The notes beneath the pieces were generated by a model, which was not told the DNA's origin, searched no databases, and saw only the letters and a program-made list of their open reading frames with translations. The position numbers were made by a program, and so were the translations under genes. 64,000 nucleotides of DNA from Escherichia phage anhysbys, in sequence record NC_052656.1; one strand, given 5' to 3'. Below, piece after piece: positions 33,949-42,265 of the stretch (position 1 is its first letter; each line of letters begins with the position of its first letter).

Positions 33949-34620
33949 ATGAAAAAGTTTGTTGTTTACAGTCGTCTTTCTAAACAGAAAAAAGGCGAGG
34001 CACAATATGGTATGGAGAGCCAAGAGAACGATATCCGTTACTTCTTAGACTCTGTGCCTGATGCGGAAGTTATTGGTCAATTTTCTGAATACTATTCGGG
34101 TAAGGGCGATTGGAAGCAACGTAAGGAACTGGTTAAAGCGGTTGAAATGTGTAAAGCTACCGGAGCAACTTTATTGGTAGCTAAAGTTGACCGCTTGGGT
34201 CGTAACAACGCCTCCGTAGCAACTCTTCTAGAAATGATTGATGTTAAGATAGCCATTATGCCAGATGCAGATAAAATGGTTATACAGCTTCTGTCTGTTC
34301 TGGCTGAACAAGAGGTTAGAGGTATTGCTGATCGTATTAAAAAGGGTCTTGCTGTAGCAAAAAGCAAAGGTGTTTTATTAGGCAGTGCTAATCCTAAAAC
34401 TGCCGCTGCACGTAGAAAAGGAAAAATGGAATACAACTCTGTTAAAGCAGACGCTTTTGCAGAGACATTTCGTGAACGTTTGGAGATCCTGAGAGATTTA
34501 AATACACCTTACAAAACTATTGCTGAAAAATTCAATAGTAAGAAAATAGCAACAGCACGTGGTGGTAAATGGGATGCTAAGACTGTTTCTCGTTTGTGTG
34601 CCAGACTGAACATTAAATAG
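33949..34620 (+). CDS. serine recombinase (resolvase/invertase family)
   Basis: N-terminal VYSRLS (catalytic Ser context), LLVAKVDRLGRN, E.R.I..RIKKGL..AK; C-terminal ARGGKWDAKTVSRL; own TTGACA promoter upstream. Confidence 0.7.
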   Translation: MKKFVVYSRLSKQKKGEAQYGMESQENDIRYFLDSVPDAEVIGQFSEYYSGKGDWKQRKELVKAVEMCKATGATLLVAKVDRLGRNNASVATLLEMIDVKIAIMPDADKMVIQLLSVLAEQEVRGIADRIKKGLAVAKSKGVLLGSANPKTAAARRKGKMEYNSVKADAFAETFRERLEILRDLNTPYKTIAEKFNSKKIATARGGKWDAKTVSRLCARLNIK

Positions 34621-34628
34621 GAGAGGAT

Positions 34629-35051
34629 ATGAAACAAGAAAATGAATCTGTAGATCACTTAATCATGCTGTCAGCCCTTTTTGCAGGATGGGACGTATTT
34701 TTTGAAAATTTGTTCAATTCTGCTACAGATGGTTCCGATTTTATGCGCCAATTTAAACGACGAACTGTTGAGGACTATACCTTCTATTCAGGTCTGATTG
34801 AAAAAGGTTACGAAGATACAAATACAACACTCACCATTAAAGTTTTAGATGTGATGTTTAGTGTTATAGATGCTATCGACGAAAGTCTTCCGATCCTAGA
34901 CAATTGTAATACGAAAGCCTATGTTTACAAAATAGCTCGTGCTTATGTGTCTGCAAACAGTTGTCTTCTTTCCACCCAGATTGCCGTGAACAATCTTGCC
35001 AACTTGTTTGATGAAGGAGAAACTTTTTATGACAATCGATTTGAAGTGTAA
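34629..35051 (+). CDS. hypothetical protein
   Basis: ORF track 140 aa. Confidence 0.55.
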   Translation: MKQENESVDHLIMLSALFAGWDVFFENLFNSATDGSDFMRQFKRRTVEDYTFYSGLIEKGYEDTNTTLTIKVLDVMFSVIDAIDESLPILDNCNTKAYVYKIARAYVSANSCLLSTQIAVNNLANLFDEGETFYDNRFEV

Positions 35052-35394
35052 GAGGATTCTTTTAGATTTCTATAATAATTGGTTAGAACACCTCCGTCTC
35101 TTTCCAAGAGAAAGTGGTTACGCTGATGTTGGCTTATGCCGAGGTCTGCGTATGTATATAAGCGATGAATTTCGGGCAGAGCATTCTTTAGCATATTCTG
35201 TTTATGGTATGCAATTAGCCAGTTTTGAAAACGCTGGCTTAGATACAACTTTCCCATTTAACACAGCAAAATCTTTTGAGCAAGAGTGTAAGGAAAAACG
35301 TTGTATGTTTAATGAAAAACGTGTACAGTGGGTTAAGGATCGAGTTAAACAACTGGAACAAGAGTTGGATTTCTTTTATGACGAGGCAGAATAA
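35029..35394 (+). CDS. FY-WL/GLC/WVKDR family protein, paralog 6
   Basis: Track frame; LLDFYNNWL, VGLCRGL, FENAGLDTTFPFN, RVQWVKDRV. Confidence 0.6.
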   Translation: MTIDLKCKRILLDFYNNWLEHLRLFPRESGYADVGLCRGLRMYISDEFRAEHSLAYSVYGMQLASFENAGLDTTFPFNTAKSFEQECKEKRCMFNEKRVQWVKDRVKQLEQELDFFYDEAE

Positions 35395-35666
35395 TGGATA
35401 GACAAACCTTAAAAACAATGGCAGATGCTACTAATTCTCCGTACTTTGAAAAAGTAAGTAAATTGGTAGCTCAAGCCGCAGAGGAAGGATATTATAACAT
35501 AAACATCCACAACCCAAGTCTTATACTAGAAATGCCAAGTGATAAAAAGATACAAGAGAGTATCTGTGAAGGTATTGTTAGTTACTGGCGCGAGCGTGGG
35601 TGTGGTGCAAACATGGCTTTAGACAGTGCAAACATTGTAAGATATATAAATATTTCTTGGGGGTGA
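35394..35666 (+). CDS. hypothetical protein
   Basis: ORF track 90 aa. Confidence 0.5.
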   Translation: MDRQTLKTMADATNSPYFEKVSKLVAQAAEEGYYNINIHNPSLILEMPSDKKIQESICEGIVSYWRERGCGANMALDSANIVRYINISWG

Positions 35667-35670
35667 TTTT

Positions 35671-36282
35671 ATGATTCAATGCACTCATATCCAAATTACT
35701 TGGAGAGATGAACTTTACCATTTGGGACAATTTACTGTAGGGGAAACATACCCTATCATTAAACATAATCCTAACATCGCAAACTTTGACAGGATGGTTC
35801 TTGTTGAGGACGATCTAGGTCAAACTTATTCTTTAGATCTAAAATATCCGTTTTCTTACGGCTACGATTGGATCGTTACTTTTGAAGACGCGGAGGAAAA
35901 TAAAACAATGAACGAAAAAAATTCTTGGTATTATCGTTGCGAACTGCCGCCAGTAGGTGAAAAGGTTATCTTTGTTCCCGATTTGGAAAGATATTCTTGG
36001 GATAGTTCTTATTCTGTTCCTAAAGAAGGCACCGAAGTTGAAGTTATTGCACATCGCACAACTTCGCATGGTAACGACGTAGCAGTTGTTTTCTGGGATG
36101 ATGAAGGTGCTGCTTGTGCAGGTGGCTTTGTTGCAGGTAATTTTGAACCCCTGCCAGATCCTCTGAAGGAGGCAATTTTAGGCGTAGCTTCTTTTGGACT
36201 CTCTTACACGTCTGCACAAGAGATTGTAGAAGGTATTTTAAACGGTACCGTTCCAAACGAAATTTTCAAACAGATTAAATAA
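35671..36282 (+). CDS. hypothetical protein
   Basis: ORF track 203 aa; hairpin/terminator downstream. Confidence 0.6.
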   Translation: MIQCTHIQITWRDELYHLGQFTVGETYPIIKHNPNIANFDRMVLVEDDLGQTYSLDLKYPFSYGYDWIVTFEDAEENKTMNEKNSWYYRCELPPVGEKVIFVPDLERYSWDSSYSVPKEGTEVEVIAHRTTSHGNDVAVVFWDDEGAACAGGFVAGNFEPLPDPLKEAILGVASFGLSYTSAQEIVEGILNGTVPNEIFKQIK

Positions 36283-36287
36283 CAGTT

Positions 36288-36312
36288 GCACCCCGTTCTT
36301 CGGGGTGTTATT
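36288..36312 (+). terminator. terminator-like hairpin
   Basis: CACCCCG-TTCTT-CGGGGTG + TTATTGTAT. Confidence 0.45.
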
Positions 36313-36333
36313 GTATACGTAAAGGAGGAGATA

Positions 36334-36672
36334 ATGTATTACACTGAAGACTACATACTGTATAACTTTTTTAAAGGCTGGTTGGAATGGGCGGAAAAAG
36401 CTCCTGTTGGAGATTGTGTTTTTCCTTGGGACTCTCGTCAAGGTTTGTGTCGTTGTTTGGAAGACTGGCTTATAACCACAAGCTACAACTCAGAAACTAA
36501 GAAATCTACATCACAAAGGTTAAAAATTTTATTTGAAGAAGATGGTTTAGATCCAATTTATCCTTTCGGTGAGGAAAGTTTCCACAATGGTCTTTTCCTT
36601 GGCACTCAACATTATGATAAAGATCGTGTAGATTGGGTAAAAGAAAAGGTAGCACAGTATGAATGGGGTTAA
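36334..36672 (+). CDS. FY-WL/GLC/WVKDR family protein, paralog 7
   Basis: Track frame; start refined after AAAGGAGGAG; FFKGWLEWAEKAP, QGLCRCL, RVDWVKEKV. Confidence 0.6.
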   Translation: MYYTEDYILYNFFKGWLEWAEKAPVGDCVFPWDSRQGLCRCLEDWLITTSYNSETKKSTSQRLKILFEEDGLDPIYPFGEESFHNGLFLGTQHYDKDRVDWVKEKVAQYEWG

Positions 36673-36862
36673 GAATTATCACCGCTGGTTACAAAGCTAT
36701 CTTAAGAAATGTGAACTTGGTGTTCCAGGTTATACTTACGACACAGACGAGATCCTTGATGAAATGGAAGTTTGGTTTAAAGAACCTCGTGAGCTATTGG
36801 CAAATATTCTAATGGCTTGGGATGGTACGGCACAAAGCATCGAAGGGGGTAGAAATGAGTAA
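36659..36862 (+). CDS. hypothetical protein
   Basis: ORF track 67 aa. Confidence 0.45.
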   Translation: MNGVKNYHRWLQSYLKKCELGVPGYTYDTDEILDEMEVWFKEPRELLANILMAWDGTAQSIEGGRNE

Positions 36863-36989
36863 GAAATTGTTTAATATTCGTGAGAATCGTGATGGATCGT
36901 TCTCTGTAGTCAATGAATTTAACGTTTCGGTTGGGACTTTTATTACTAAACGTCAAGCAGAACAAGTAAGAGATACTTTAAACAAGTAA
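36855..36989 (+). CDS. small hypothetical protein (~44 aa)
   Basis: Own translation MSKKLFNIRENRDGSFSVVNEFNVSVGTFITKRQAEQVRDTLNK. Confidence 0.35.
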   Translation: MSKKLFNIRENRDGSFSVVNEFNVSVGTFITKRQAEQVRDTLNK

Positions 36990-37006
36990 ATTTTTAAGGG
37001 GGACTT

Positions 37007-37426
37007 ATGTTAGGTAAGATCAAAGCTTTTTTCAAACGTATTGTTGAAGGAAGTCCAACAGAAGGTGCATTAGGAAGATCTCTAACAGGAGAACCACTTG
37101 CCATAATTTCTATCAGTCGGCATGGCGGATATTCCATTCGACAAACACCTTTAGGTATAAAAGGTAGTATGCTTTCTTGGACAATATCTCAAGTTGGTGA
37201 TAACAGACTTGCAGCTATAGCATTGCTTCGTGGGGAGTATGACTATTGTTTATCAGCATCTTGTAAAAAGCACCTCATAGAGCACATTAGAGACAGAGTA
37301 GAAAGAGAAGGCGGATACTTCTTCGAAACTAAGAGAAACGAACAAGGAACTCTTGACTTCACTAAGGTTTACTGGGACAATCATACTCGTCAAACTGTTG
37401 AACAACTTCTGGAGGAAAGATGTTAA
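37007..37426 (+). CDS. hypothetical protein
   Basis: ORF track 139 aa; AAGGGGGA RBS. Confidence 0.55.
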   Translation: MLGKIKAFFKRIVEGSPTEGALGRSLTGEPLAIISISRHGGYSIRQTPLGIKGSMLSWTISQVGDNRLAAIALLRGEYDYCLSASCKKHLIEHIRDRVEREGGYFFETKRNEQGTLDFTKVYWDNHTRQTVEQLLEERC

Positions 37427-37629
37427 AAGCTTTTGCTGTATACTCTACTGTAGGATTCTTTTATTGGATTATAGTTATTGTCGGATGTTGGTTAGGTTCT
37501 TGTGTTGTGATGGGAGAATGGTTAACATACAACGTATTTGAATGGGATGTAGTTTGTAGATCATTACTTGTTATATGGACTGCTATTGTTTGTTGGACAA
37601 CTGTTAGTCTAACATTGGATCTATACTGA
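37420..37629 (+). CDS. small membrane protein
   Basis: ORF track 69 aa; hydrophobic, Trp/Cys-rich. Confidence 0.5.
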   Translation: MLKAFAVYSTVGFFYWIIVIVGCWLGSCVVMGEWLTYNVFEWDVVCRSLLVIWTAIVCWTTVSLTLDLY

Positions 37630-37730
37630 TTAATAGATGGTAGATAGATGATCATAGTTTATCTACCTTCACTTACGTTTCATACCTCACTATCGTGAGT
37701 AACATGAAACATTATTATATAGAAATCTAC

Positions 37731-37788
37731 TACTCGCTATCGCTCGTAAACATATGTTTAGGGTACCATATTTTTTTGAAAAAGTCAA
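37731..37788. repeat. conserved ~60-bp intergenic element, copy 2
   Basis: TACTCGCTATCGCTCG-(AAACATATGTTT palindrome)-TTAGGGTACCATATTTTTTTGAAAAAGTCAA. Confidence 0.55.
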
Positions 37789-37797
37789 TGCTGATTC

Positions 37798-37889
37798 ACC
37801 TATCAATTATCTGTTTAAGATAAGTCTTACCTATCAATCTAACTCTTAACTAGTATTGCACCTATAGTAAGATTATTCCTATGGTTATT
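37798..37889 (+). repeat. iteron-like ACCTAT(C/A) repeats (4 copies)
   Basis: CACCTATCAATTA, TACCTATCAATCTA, CACCTATAGTAAG, TCCTATGGTTATT. Confidence 0.45.
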
Positions 37890-37989
37890 AACCCTCTTCT
37901 TCTATAGAATGTAATTAGATCCTTGACAAACTCACAAAACTTGTGTTACATTGTGTCTCACAGGTGAATAATACCGAACAGGAGGAAGA

Positions 37990-38205
37990 ATGAGTTCCAA
38001 TTTTCTATACAAAGCAAAAGATTCACGAGATGGAGAGAAACATTGGTGGTTGATCACAGGAGATGGTGTTATCATCCTACCGTGGGACGGAGAGACAAAA
38101 GTTCAAATACTGGAGAAAGTAAAAGGTGTTAGTTTTAATGTTAGTCATGACATAACAACTTTCAAAGCTTTTGCAATGAATCCCAGTCTTGTTGCTGAAT
38201 GGTAA
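37990..38205 (+). CDS. hypothetical protein
   Basis: ORF track 71 aa; TTGACA promoter and AGGAGGAAG RBS upstream. Confidence 0.5.
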   Translation: MSSNFLYKAKDSRDGEKHWWLITGDGVIILPWDGETKVQILEKVKGVSFNVSHDITTFKAFAMNPSLVAEW

Positions 38206-38218
38206 TCCAGGAGAAAAT

Positions 38219-38437
38219 ATGACTAAAATGTATGCAGCCGTTGATAAGCTGGATGGGTCTGATTCTGTTTTTATTTTGAATAAAATGGGTGTCTTAGTTT
38301 ATGCCCGAACTTCTCAAAACATAGAGCACCAAGTGGAAGCAGCACAAATTTTAGAGCAAATAACCCCTCCATACCTATACTCAAATGTTGAGCGTTTTAA
38401 CGATGCACTTGGTTTGACGTTAATAGCGGAATGGTAA
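38219..38437 (+). CDS. hypothetical protein
   Basis: Track frame 38189-38437; start refined to MTKMYAAV after CAGGAGAAAA. Confidence 0.5.
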   Translation: MTKMYAAVDKLDGSDSVFILNKMGVLVYARTSQNIEHQVEAAQILEQITPPYLYSNVERFNDALGLTLIAEW

Positions 38438-38439
38438 TA

Positions 38440-38637
38440 ATGGCGAAAATGTTGAAAATTGATAATGTCGTAACAATCACTACGTCTATACCTTGTCCTC
38501 CTATGCCTTGCCCCTATTGTGGTGGTGCAGGATATGTTATGGCGGATGTAGGTCAAATTTACGAGTGTAACCCGTGCAAAACCACAGGTTATATCCAAAT
38601 AGAATCAGAGGAGAAACACTATGAGCCAAAACGCTAA
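38440..38637 (+). CDS. small zinc-ribbon protein
   Basis: Track frame; CPPMPCPYCGG ... CNPCKTTG. Confidence 0.45.
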   Translation: MAKMLKIDNVVTITTSIPCPPMPCPYCGGAGYVMADVGQIYECNPCKTTGYIQIESEEKHYEPKR

Positions 38638-39070
38638 AGAAAAAGAAGTAATCACGGTAATCCGTCAGATGGAAGGTGCCGAAAACAATGCTTTTGTTAC
38701 TAAGATTCTTCTTAATATCTTTGAAGATGTTATTTTAAACAACCCTGGTCATAAAGATTATCAGTATGATGTTATGATGGGTGCTTTACTTGAGATTAAC
38801 AAAAACACTTTTGCTGAATATGAGCAACACATGCTTTTACCAGAGGAAGATCAGGATTATTTGTTATCTGGTGCTTTAAGTGCACAAGAAAATTTCTACC
38901 ACGTTCTTAATATGGCTTATGCAGATGAACTTGCTGTTTCCCTTGAAGAGCGGATTCAAATGGTTCGTGACGTAATGAATGAACAAATCCAAGAAGTTGA
39001 AGACTTGGTAGCAGAACCTTTAGCAGAAATTCGTGCAGCTATTGAAAAACAAAAAGGAACTCAATCATGA
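38621..39070 (+). CDS. hypothetical protein
   Basis: ORF track 149 aa. Confidence 0.55.
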   Translation: MSQNAKEKEVITVIRQMEGAENNAFVTKILLNIFEDVILNNPGHKDYQYDVMMGALLEINKNTFAEYEQHMLLPEEDQDYLLSGALSAQENFYHVLNMAYADELAVSLEERIQMVRDVMNEQIQEVEDLVAEPLAEIRAAIEKQKGTQS

Positions 39071-39234
39071 TGCAAGTAGGTGATGTGGTTTGTCTTAAAG
39101 GTGCAAACAAACAAATGACAGTAATAGAAAGTTATGGTGAATCTTGTAAAGTAACTTGGTTCGATGAAAACGGGGAATTGCAACACGCCATATTCGATCA
39201 AAAAGCTTTGAGGAAGGTTGAAGAAAAAGAATGA
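39067..39234 (+). CDS. small hypothetical protein (~55 aa)
   Basis: Own translation MMQVGDVVCLKGANKQMTVIESYGESCKVTWFDENGELQHAIF... Confidence 0.4.
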   Translation: MMQVGDVVCLKGANKQMTVIESYGESCKVTWFDENGELQHAIFDQKALRKVEEKE

Positions 39235-39494
39235 GCCATCCGTCAATATTTTTCTGTTTTGTAGATCTTGAAAACGAGTCTTTAATCGTTGATAGTGAGG
39301 GTTACTTCACTTATTGGGAATCCGAGCACGAAACTATAAGTGTAGTGAAAGAAATTATGCAAACCAATCCAAGCCTACCAGCGCATAAGTACGGTATTGC
39401 AAAAGTGTTTGTTACTAAAACAGAGTACACAAAAGAGCGAAGCACTTTGTACCATAATATTGAAGTGATTCACTATTTCAAAGATGTTATTTAG
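39231..39494 (+). CDS. hypothetical protein
   Basis: ORF track 87 aa. Confidence 0.5.
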   Translation: MSHPSIFFCFVDLENESLIVDSEGYFTYWESEHETISVVKEIMQTNPSLPAHKYGIAKVFVTKTEYTKERSTLYHNIEVIHYFKDVI

Positions 39495-39502
39495 GAGGTT
39501 AT

Positions 39503-40111
39503 ATGGAAGAGAAGATTTGGGATGGTAAAGATCCTTTAGAAGTTGGACACGTAGCGCGTGTCAAAAAATCTACTACAGGTCCTGGTTTTTCTGGTTTGTA
39601 TCATATACCAGAAGAAGGTCAGCACGTTACAATTTTGGCTCGTGACAAACAAAACGGAGCAACGCCTGTGTGGATTGTTCGTTGGTATGACAAAGATCTT
39701 AACATTTGCTTGTCACCTATTATGGCTCATTTGCTGGAAGCCCCTTGCTCTGAAGAAGCTCTAATTTTTGTTTCGGCTTTTCAGAAAGCCACAGGTTTAA
39801 CATTAGATGCAAAAGATGTGCAAAAAGCATTTGACATTATTCAGGAAGACAACGATACTACATCTAACGACGAACTGGTTGAAGTTACAATCTTATCTTC
39901 AGCAGATATCCGAGAGATTGATAATTGTGATTTTCCAATCACATTTAAAATGTCGCAGAAAGACATGCAGTCATCTGGAAGTTGTTTTGGTATACCTCGT
40001 TGGTTTTTTGATTCTATCAAAAATTCTACTACAGAGGGATCAGACTATGATCAAGATGACGTGCTTTGGTTCTTAAAAAACCGAGAGATTGTTCTCTCAC
40101 CACTTAAATAA
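39503..40111 (+). CDS. hypothetical protein
   Basis: ORF track 202 aa; AGGAGG RBS. Confidence 0.6.
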   Translation: MEEKIWDGKDPLEVGHVARVKKSTTGPGFSGLYHIPEEGQHVTILARDKQNGATPVWIVRWYDKDLNICLSPIMAHLLEAPCSEEALIFVSAFQKATGLTLDAKDVQKAFDIIQEDNDTTSNDELVEVTILSSADIREIDNCDFPITFKMSQKDMQSSGSCFGIPRWFFDSIKNSTTEGSDYDQDDVLWFLKNREIVLSPLK

Positions 40112-40121
40112 GGAGAAATAA

Positions 40122-40223
40122 TGGTTTCATTTATCGTAGGTGTAGTTGTAGGCTATCTTATTAACAAATATCAAGACGTTATCACGGCAAAAGTAAAAGA
40201 CATTTTAGACTCATCTAAATAAT
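40122..40223 (+). CDS. tiny membrane protein (~33 aa)
   Basis: Own translation MVSFIVGVVVGYLINKYQDVITAKVKDILDSSK; AAGGAGA RBS. Confidence 0.3.
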
Positions 40224-40274
40224 CTATCAAAGCTGCATCTTCAATAGGTGCAGCCTTTTAAAAGGAGATATGGC

Positions 40275-40448
40275 ATGACTAAACGCACTGATTTTAAATG
40301 TATGCATTGTGGGAAATCTTTTGGGGATCATCAAGCTCGCACATTCAACTGTCCACGTAAAGGTCGCGGAAATTTTAAAGGTTTTAATCCCGCACATGTT
40401 TATTCTCCAGATTACGATAAGCCAGAAGAAGAAAAATTTGTTATTTAA
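40275..40448 (+). CDS. small zinc-ribbon protein
   Basis: Track frame 40248-40448; start refined to MTKRTDFKCMHCGKSFGDHQARTFNCPRKG. Confidence 0.5.
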   Translation: MTKRTDFKCMHCGKSFGDHQARTFNCPRKGRGNFKGFNPAHVYSPDYDKPEEEKFVI

Positions 40449-40460
40449 TAAGGAGGTCAT

Positions 40461-40742
40461 ATGGAACTCGTTCAAGAATTGTATAATGCTTTAGGAGCAA
40501 AAGGAAAAGATTGGCCCGAACATGCGCTTATTGCTATAAGAGACTCCGATGGTGAGATTAAGTTTTCAAGCGTAAGTAAAGAGCACATCGTAGAAACAAA
40601 ACTGGGTATTTACATGCGTGGAACTTATTGCTTATTCAACACCAGAATGGTAGAAGCCCCTGTTATCGAGGATGGAACAAAAGATTGCCCCACAATCGTA
40701 ACAAAATCTGAATATGAGAAGTTTTTCTACGCTAAGGCTTGA
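40461..40742 (+). CDS. hypothetical protein
   Basis: ORF track 93 aa; AAGGAGG RBS. Confidence 0.55.
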   Translation: MELVQELYNALGAKGKDWPEHALIAIRDSDGEIKFSSVSKEHIVETKLGIYMRGTYCLFNTRMVEAPVIEDGTKDCPTIVTKSEYEKFFYAKA

Positions 40743-40782
40743 CACAGAAACAATACTATAGGATAGTGATCCTATCGTAGCA

Positions 40783-40806
40783 ATAGAACCCGCTTCGGCG
40801 GGTTTT
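40783..40806 (+). terminator. rho-independent terminator
   Basis: AACCCGC-TTCG-GCGGGTT + TTTTCAT. Confidence 0.65.
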
Positions 40807-40833
40807 TTCATATCTGTAGCAATAGGAGGTCGT

Positions 40834-41064
40834 GTGTTAAATAAAATCGAAGAAGGTTGTATGGCATTTTTGGTAGATAACCCGTTTCCCTTTATGGTTA
40901 AGGTCCATGTAGGAGAGTATTTAGGTTATGACGAATGGGATTGTAGTATCAATAGTGAAATGCACCACTACCAACCAACAATACTTAAGACGGATCAAAT
41001 GGCGCGTATTACAGTAGAGGATGAATTGATCATTGAGTTATACGAGAGAGCACTACACAAGTAA
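40834..41064 (+). CDS. hypothetical protein
   Basis: ORF track 76 aa (GTG start after AGGAGG; alternative ATG ~40861). Confidence 0.45.
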   Translation: MLNKIEEGCMAFLVDNPFPFMVKVHVGEYLGYDEWDCSINSEMHHYQPTILKTDQMARITVEDELIIELYERALHK

Positions 41065-41107
41065 GCTAGAACCCACCTAAATCGAACAGAGACGCTCTAA
41101 AATAGAA

Positions 41108-41139
41108 AAGGCACCCACTTGGGTGCCTTTGTTTTATTC
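41108..41139. terminator. bidirectional terminator between convergent blocks
   Basis: AAAGGCACCCA-CTT-GGGTGCCTTT flanked by T-runs on both strands. Confidence 0.65.
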
Positions 41140-41406
41140 TTCGTTAGATTGCGTCTCAGACGCGTTAAATTCGGTTTCAGTACAACTTGCTAAGTAACTT
41201 ATATTTTGCATCACTACAACTACAGGTGTTTGAAGTTTATCTTCTAGCCCCGCAGCCACTTGAGCCAAGGCATTATCAATATTTGATTTCCTAACGCCTG
41301 TTCCATGTCCTGTTGCCAAGTAAAGATTACCTTCCCCTTTTTGTGTAGCATTGGCAAAGTAGTAAACGTAATGTGCAAGGTAGTAATCACGGATTTCTTC
41401 AGTCAT
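41134..41406 (-). CDS. hypothetical protein
   Basis: ORF track 90 aa; AGGAGAA RBS; last gene before bidirectional terminator. Confidence 0.55.
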   Translation of the reverse strand: MTEEIRDYYLAHYVYYFANATQKGEGNLYLATGHGTGVRKSNIDNALAQVAAGLEDKLQTPVVVVMQNISYLASCTETEFNASETQSNEE

Positions 41407-41424
41407 TTTATTCTCCTAATAAGA

Positions 41425-41442
41425 AAGGGGCCGAAGCCCCTT
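41425..41442 (-). other. intercistronic CUUCGG-type hairpin
   Basis: Minus-strand AAGGGGC-UUCG-GCCCCUU between Sir2 gene and 41134 gene. Confidence 0.55.
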
Positions 41443-41449
41443 GAGTGGT

Positions 41450-42265
41450 TTATTTGTTTAAGTGGTCTTCGACCATTTTAATGAAACCTTCATTGCTGAA
41501 GGCTGTTGCAGCTTTTTCTCGGTAAACAAAAACTCCACGATCTTCATAGAGAAGTGTTTCTTCGTAATTAACTCCAGGGTTAACTACAACCATTTTTGTA
41601 CCCATACTAAGTGCAGGAAATAATTCCCAATTAAAATTGATAATTTGGTTTGAACATCCTACTACTACAACCAAATCTTGCATGGTCAAAGTATCGAACA
41701 AGTGAGCCATATCTGCATACAAAGGTGCAGCCTCACCAAAAAATACAACATTAGGCTTCACCCAGTTATAATCATCTATGTTTATACTATTGTAACCAAT
41801 ATCTACCAGTGTTTTGTAATCTCCAGGATGCATACGGTAAACTACTTCAGGAAGATAGCCGTGTACGTGAATAACAGAATCTCTGTCTACACCTGCTCGC
41901 TCTAGTAGATCATCAACGTTTGTTGTCAAGTTTACTATTTGGTTAGGATATTCCTTAAACCACTTTGCTATTTGAATATGTGCAGCATTAGGTTGTACAT
42001 CTTTAAGCTCAACACGTCTTTTGTTATAAAATTCGTGTGTTTTGGCATACAAATCCATACCGTTCTCGTCTACACCACCGACCACTGGAAGATCTGGAGA
42101 TGTTCTAACACGATAACCTGCTTGGAAAGCTCCAATATCGCAGACCTCTTCTAAATCATATTCTTCCCATAAAGCACGACCACTATCTGTGTCTGTTCTA
42201 AATGTTCGAATCCCACTGTCTGCACTTAAACCTGCACCGCTTACAAAAATCACTCGTCTTGGCAT
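41450..42265 (-). CDS. SIR2-family NAD-dependent protein
   Basis: N-terminal VIFVSGAGLSADSGIRTFR resembles sirtuin GAG(I/L)S..GIP.FR NAD-binding motif; 271 aa. Confidence 0.7.
   Translation of the reverse strand: MPRRVIFVSGAGLSADSGIRTFRTDTDSGRALWEEYDLEEVCDIGAFQAGYRVRTSPDLPVVGGVDENGMDLYAKTHEFYNKRRVELKDVQPNAAHIQIAKWFKEYPNQIVNLTTNVDDLLERAGVDRDSVIHVHGYLPEVVYRMHPGDYKTLVDIGYNSINIDDYNWVKPNVVFFGEAAPLYADMAHLFDTLTMQDLVVVVGCSNQIINFNWELFPALSMGTKMVVVNPGVNYEETLLYEDRGVFVYREKAATAFSNEGFIKMVEDHLNK

Noticed and set aside
33949-34620. Interpretation of the window as an integrated prophage or integrative element based on the recombinase
   Set aside because: No tyrosine integrase, attachment-site-like repeats or host-gene flanks were seen. 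The surrounding content (T4-type lysozyme, nrdAB, small early genes) fits a virulent phage, and the enzyme is a small resolvase-type serine recombinase.
37353-37541. ORF 37353-37541 (plus, 62 aa)
   Set aside because: Out-of-frame overlap with two better-supported plus-strand genes (37007-37426 and 37420-37629).
24044-37655. Numerous minus-strand ORFs within the 23463-37629 plus-strand block (for example 24044-24442, 27357-27737, 30223-30669, 34092-34436, 37461-37655)
   Set aside because: Each is fully embedded antisense to a better-supported co-oriented gene; no independent promoter or RBS evidence.
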